Shown here piece by piece: positions 58,510-64,000 of a stretch of DNA of 64,000 bases. The translations under genes were made by a program, and so were the position numbers. Source of the DNA: the human T2T-CHM13v2.0 reference genome, Homo sapiens; assembly GCF_009914755.1 (NCBI RefSeq), contig NC_060947.1, one strand, 5' to 3'. Positions within the stretch are counted from its first letter, which is position 1. Every line of letters starts with the position of its first letter. The notes below the pieces were generated by a model. It saw only the letters and a list, made by a program, of their open reading frames with translations, was not told where the DNA came from and ran no database searches.

Positions 58510-58745
58510 TAATTATGTTGAGCATCTACTATGTGCCAGATGCTTCCTTTAAACTATCTCACTCAATCCTTCCAGCAACCCTGCACATTAGGTACTATTA
58601 TTGCCATTTTGTAGATGTTAAAACTGAGGCTCAGAGAGATTGTGACTCTCTGAGTTATACAGCAATTATGTGATAGAATTGTATTTGCCATCCTGTTCAA
58701 ACTGACTTCAATCCTGATGTTCTCTCTATTATAATATGCTGCCTT
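58510..58745 (-). mobile_element. MIR SINE
   Basis: gagcatctactatgtgccag...ccattttgtagatg...aaactgaggctcagagag. Confidence 0.85.
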
Positions 58746-60019
58746 CCAGGGAGGTTGATTTTGAGAGACTGAAATGAGTGTGGAAAAATGTATACAGCTG
58801 TCACAAGAATAACACATCGCTATTGAGACTCAGGAGAATGTGTTTTTATTCTAACATCTTATTTGTGTACTGTTAGTTCCTTAAATCTCATTTGGTGAAT
58901 ATTCAGTGACAAAAAACACTTTGGAGATCTGCATATGAGAGCTTGGGATTTTATAAATGGACCAACCAAAGATGATAAGATTTCAGCTTTTATCACAGAA
59001 AAACATGAATTTTAGGTAAGTAAGAAGAAAAATGAATAGGACTGAAGTTAACACCTGAAAATATGACTATATAAACTTTTGATTTTTATAAATATAACTT
59101 TCTTTCAAATAGAAACTTTTGAACTCTGAATGTGTCAGGTAGCAGGTCAATTCTAGTTCTACATAAACTTTGGAAGTCAGTGGAAATGTGTACAGAAATG
59201 TGATGCCATGTTTCCAGACTTGACAACATAATTTACTCAGTTATTTAACAATTCATTGTTTTGAATCACATGTTTATGAATAAGAGCCAAAAAGATTACA
59301 TTTCCTTGTATATTTTTATGTGAGATAGTTAATCACACATAGAAATATCCGTGGTTTTCCTGAGTTAAAGGTATACAACTGGAAAATTAAAACTTTTTGA
59401 TAACTCACCATTGTTCTCAGGATAAAAACTAAAATCCTTAATGGCCCTAGAAAGTGCTGCATGGTTTAGCATCTGTTTCTCTTTTTGTACTTCATCTCAA
59501 GTCACTCCAACCCTTGATCACTACATTCCAATCACACTGGTTCAGGGTCATTGTACATATTGTACCCAAATTATGATACATTACTGAAATTATTTTGTCC
59601 TCCTATAAGAAAATATTTGAAATAAGTGATAAGTATGTAAAATGAAAACCGATAAGAATGTTCACAAGAAACAAATTAAAGAATCCTAGATTAATTCCAT
59701 AAAGTGTAGCTCTATTAAAAACAAATTACTTCTTATGAATCGTGTCTTGATAAAATTAAATGTGCTTGAACAAAGGTAAATATTATTTGCTTGTTTAAAT
59801 CATCTTTCTTTCCCTAAAAAAAAAAATTGAGGAGGCTGTAAATCCATTTTCAAAGAGCAACACTTCACTCTTTTGGTTTTTCCCTCTGCTCTTTAAATTT
59901 ATGTACACAATAGAGAGAAAAACAGGGGACTGTAGAATAAACATAAGAAACATAAAAACCAAATGTGTGGACATTGTTTGCATGCTGATGAGAAAAAAGT
60001 TGGAAGAAGATATCTTTGA

Positions 60020-61270
60020 GATAATTAGGAAAATTTTAACCTAAGCTGGGTATTAGATGTTATTAAAACATTATTGTTAATTTTGGTAGGTATGGTAATA
60101 ACTGGGTGGTTATGTGGAAAAATAAGTCCTATTAGTTTGATATGTACTCTGAAATATTAAGGAGTGAACTAACATAATGTCTGAAATTTGCTTTAAAGTA
60201 TTCCAGAAAAAAGCAAAGGAAAGAATACATGTAAAGAGATTGTTGTTATGTACACTGAATACCCAGAAAAAAACACCCAATGTAAAAAAAAAAAACTATA
60301 AAAGAACAAGAAGGAAACAGTGAATTTTTGTATAATTGAGTGACAGGAAAGACCTTTTAAACTTTGGTAAAAAGTCCAGGCCAAAGAAACAAAGACTGAT
60401 AATATCAACTACTTTAAAAGCAAATAAACAAAAAATTTACATGATCATAAAACATAACATGATAAAAAAATTTTAAATGACAAATGAAAAACTGGAAAAA
60501 ATATTTGCAACTGATATCACAGATAAGACCTAATCCTCCTACTTTTAGAAACTGATAAGACATATATGAAAAATACTCAACCTTACTCATAAAAGAGAAA
60601 TATGGATTAAACTACAATGAAAAAGAATGTTCAGCAATAAACTTCAGGAAGTAAGCACTCTCATATATTTTGGTAGAACAATCCCTATGAAGGTTAATTT
60701 TGTAATATTTATAAAAAATACAAATGAATTTGTTCGAGTCAACAATCCTACTAGAATTTATGTCTACAGATATACCTGTGTATGCATATATACAAAACTT
60801 TTTATTGGTGTACTGTTTGGATTAATAAAATATTAGAAATAACTCAAATGTACATCACAGAGAACTGGTTAAATAAGTTATGGTACATTCATACAATGGA
60901 GTACTACTCACCTGTTTGAAAAACAAAGAATGAAGACCCGCTCTTTATTTATACTGATATGAGAAGGTTTCAGGATACAGAGTTCAGTGAAAAAAAGCAA
61001 GGAAAGGTAGAGTATCTATAGTATACTACCTTTGTAATAAATAAAGGTTGGAAATGAAAATGAAGTATGTCATAATTTTCTTGCTTTTACATAAAGAAAC
61101 ACTCGAAGTAGCCACAATATTGAATAAAAGCAGTTAATGGAGGGGTAGGAGGAGCCATGTAGATTGAGAAAGGATAGAAATGGGACTTCTGAATAGAAAC
61201 CTTGTTATGTTGCTTTATTTTGAGACATGTGACTATATTACACATTGAAAACAAGATAAATAAAAACAGT
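60020..61270 (+). mobile_element. Old L1 (L1MC/L1ME) 3' fragments
   Basis: ggaaaaaatatttgcaact; ggttaaataagttatggtacattcatacaatggagtactac. Confidence 0.65.
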
Positions 61271-61284
61271 TTAAAATAGGAAAA

Positions 61285-61560
61285 TTAGCTCCTCAGCAAA
61301 TCTTTTCCATTTCTCTCAAGAAGATTTAATATTTCTTTTTCTTGTGCTTCCACGCTATTTTGTGTGTTTTATATATATACTATTTTCTATAACACTCCTC
61401 AGTGAGTACTATACTTTTTGTTTCTTATTGGTAATTCCTACAAAGCTATGAACTCCTAAAGTGTAGAAATCTTGTTTTAAGGCATTGCTGTCTCTCTCAT
61501 AATGAGCACAGTGCCTGGCAAGTGGTAGTTATCCAGTAAACTGTCTTTGAATGAATGTAA
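61285..61560 (+). mobile_element. L2 3' fragment
   Basis: gcacagtgcctggcaagtggtag...ttgaatgaatg. Confidence 0.65.
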
Positions 61561-62262
61561 CCTTTTCAAGTCCACCTTATCTTAGTGAATCTCTTCCCAT
61601 AACATCTTACTTGTGTCTATTTTATTGCATTTATCGTTATCTTATGTTAGAATTACTCACTTAGATTTGTTTGTCTTTATGATGTGAACTCCTGGAGATA
61701 TGTGTTAAATTAAGACAGTGAACTGAGAGACTTCCATAAAGTTAGAAATTTTTTTCTGTAATTTCTCCTAAGTTAACAAAAGATATTAATATTATCATAT
61801 GTAAGATGATCACTCTCTAGTAAAATAATAGTCTCATTATAGGAAAATAAGAAATAAATCTTAAAAAAATGTTTATTACACTTATGTGTTTATCCACAGA
61901 GACCTCACACATCATACAGTCCTTTATTAAAGGGTATGCAGAAATCTGTTAAGCTGTTTTTAAAATCTCCTTTTCCTTTTTATTTAATTTACAGAATTTC
62001 AAGAATTAATTTTGAAAGACACTCATAGTATTTAGACAGACTTCTACAGACTGATAAGGGTAGAATAACACTAGTAAATAGGCGTTTAAAGATGGAAAGA
62101 GATATTTTCCTAGAGTACATAAATTCTTTGAATGCATGAAAGTCCCTTGACCCAGCTGAAATACATTTGTTTATATAGTTATTCATTCAGTAAATATTTT
62201 TTGAGCAACTACTATACTAGGCATTCTGAGATACTAAGGAATAAATATAAAGTTTGTCCTCA

Positions 62263-62510
62263 GGGAGGCAGTATAGCATAGTAGTTAAAAACATAGAATA
62301 AAATACATCTACTTCTGAAACATTGCTTCTCTCTTTACTAGTTACATGACCTTGAGCAAATTGCTTAAATATTATGTCTTAGATTTATCCTCCATCAAAT
62401 AAGGATAATAATACCTATTTCATAGGATTTCTATGAAGAGTTAAATGAAAAAATGAAAGTACATAAAATACACACTGCTTGCCATATAATAAATAATTTA
62501 ATAAGTATTT
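62263..62510 (+). mobile_element. MIR SINE
   Basis: gaggcagtatagcatagtagttaa...tgaccttgagcaaattgcttaa...ggataataatacctatttcatagg. Confidence 0.8.
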
Positions 62511-62849
62511 TAAAGTCTTGTAGTGTAGAAATAGAAGTGTTCTTTTCTGCAATGTATTTTTTTCCTAAGAGTAGCATTTATCTGCTTTATAGTATATGTA
62601 GTATATGACTCCATTCCAAAAACTTATAAATAGACTCTGCATTCACACATGATACTCTTGTCATAATTCTCAAGCTGTACAAGGTAGGGGGGAACAACTT
62701 AGAATAAGTAGTGAGAAGATTAGTAAATGAAACTGATCAACAACTATTAGTAATCTTACTAAGAAGAATAAAAGAGAGTTCAGAAGACTGATGATGGAAG
62801 AATATGATTTATTTATTTGAACATAAGAGTGGAAGTCTAAGAAAGATTC

Positions 62850-63270
62850 TAAATGTATTAAAAAGCACTTTGGAAAAAGAAATGGATGTTACTAAAAGTC
62901 AATGTGGATTCACTAAGAATGTATTATGCGAAACCAGTGTTACTCAAACTGGTGTCCCTCAGAATACTAAATGTTAATAGAATGGTGCTGGAATTAAAAA
63001 ATCTGTTCTATGGCTAAATAAATATGGGAAACAGGTATTTAGCAAAGTATTTGAACACAGAACAATTCTATTTGTGTGTGTGTGTGTGTGTGTATGTGTG
63101 TATTACTTATCATTATTCTAGACTAACGGCCTATGAAATATAGTTTTGGTTAACTATAGTTTTAAGTTAATTTTCTTTATTTGTAGAGTTACGAGACTTG
63201 TGGAAAGGAAAATAAACAATCATGTTTTATTTTAATTTTTATAAGGAGTTTGAAGAAATTTCATAAATGT
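62850..63270 (+). mobile_element. L3/CR1 fragment interrupted by a hAT-like element with (TG)n
   Basis: agtcaatgtggattcactaagaa...cgaaacc CR1-like RT; insertion starting cagtgttactcaaact. Confidence 0.45.
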
Positions 63271-63351
63271 AAGATGAAAACATGTCTTCAGGATCACTTA
63301 AATATATTGATTCCATAACCCTTAAATAAATTTTGAAAATTTATATATCCC

Positions 63352-63497
63352 AGAGGCTCCTCAGCCGCATGCCAAGCAGTCAATCGCCTTAGCTCCCGCA
63401 GCCTGTGCTCCCAACTCTGTGGCTCCACCCGCTATTGTAGGCCAATAATCTGTTATGGAGCATGCCTTTACCCCGTTGGAGCCCCTGCTTTCCACTG
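63352..63497 (+). pseudogene. Processed copy of the TPK1 5'UTR and first 43 coding nt (5'-transduced with an L1)
   Basis: ORF 63455 starts MEHAFTPLEPLLST, identical to the recalled N-terminus of human thiamin pyrophosphokinase 1; match stops at c.43; GC-rich leader against AT-rich flank. Confidence 0.88.
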
Positions 63498-63551
63498 AAG
63501 TGCCTTCACCTTCTGCCATAATTGTGAGGCCTCTCCCAGCTACATGGAACT
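63498..63551 (+). mobile_element. 54-nt THE1 (MaLR) LTR-derived exon
   Basis: aagtgccttcaccttctgccataattgtgaggcc...tggaact; stops where the THE1 consensus continues gtgagt (splice donor). Confidence 0.8.
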
Positions 63552-64000
63552 ATGGCCGAATAGGAACAGCTCCAGTCGGCAGATCCCAGCATGATCGACC
63601 CAGAACACGGGTGATTTCTGCATTTCCAACTGAGCTCTGAAGAGAGCAGTGGTTCTCCCAACATGGTGTTTGAGCTCTGAGAATGGACAGACTGCCTCCT
63701 CAAGTGGGTCCCTGACCCCTGTGTAGCCTAACTGGGAGACACTTCCCAGTAGGGGCCGACAGACACCTCATATAGGTGGGTGCCCCTCTGGGAGGAAGCT
63801 TCCAGAGGAAGGATCAGCCAGCAATATTTGCTGTTCTGCAACCTCCGCTGGTGATAGCCAGGCAAACAGGGTCTGGAGTGGACCTCCAGCAAACGCCAAC
63901 AGACCTGCAGCAGAGGGGCCTGACTGTTAGAAGGAAAGCTAACAAACAGAAAGGAATAGCATCAACATGAACAAAAAGGACATCTACACCAAAACCCCAT
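63552..64000 (+). mobile_element. L1PA6/7-like 5'UTR with a spliced-out intron (SpIRE type); runs off the window end
   Basis: atggccgaataggaacagctcc...ccaactgag|ctctgaagagagcag; the unspliced L1 at 31101 has GT (31201) ... AG (31838) between these same flanks. Confidence 0.92.

Overview
Human-type (primate), AT-rich genomic DNA containing the complete coding region of HMGN5 (NSBP1; recalled as Xq21.1) on the minus strand. Six phase-0 coding exons between 9284 and 2384 assemble to a 282-aa protein. A CpG-enriched promoter-like region lies at about 9.4-10.1 kb, and a strong acceptor at 9407 implies a further upstream exon. The remaining ~54 kb is repeat-dense and includes a nested L1 cluster (L1MD > L1MA > L1PA7, L1PA3 and Alus) and two 5'-inverted L1s. 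Two non-routine structures stand out. (1) At 63352-64000, a retrotransposed, triply spliced chimera joins TPK1 5' exons to a THE1-LTR-derived exon and an internally spliced L1PA 5'UTR. (2) Across ~43.8-57.5 kb lies a heavily decayed Ty3/Gypsy (sushi/PEG10/RTL-type) gag-pro-RT-RNaseH-integrase relic whose 5' half is inverted at a point inside RT. Repeat subfamily calls and protein motif matches were made by eye against remembered consensus sequences and need computational confirmation.
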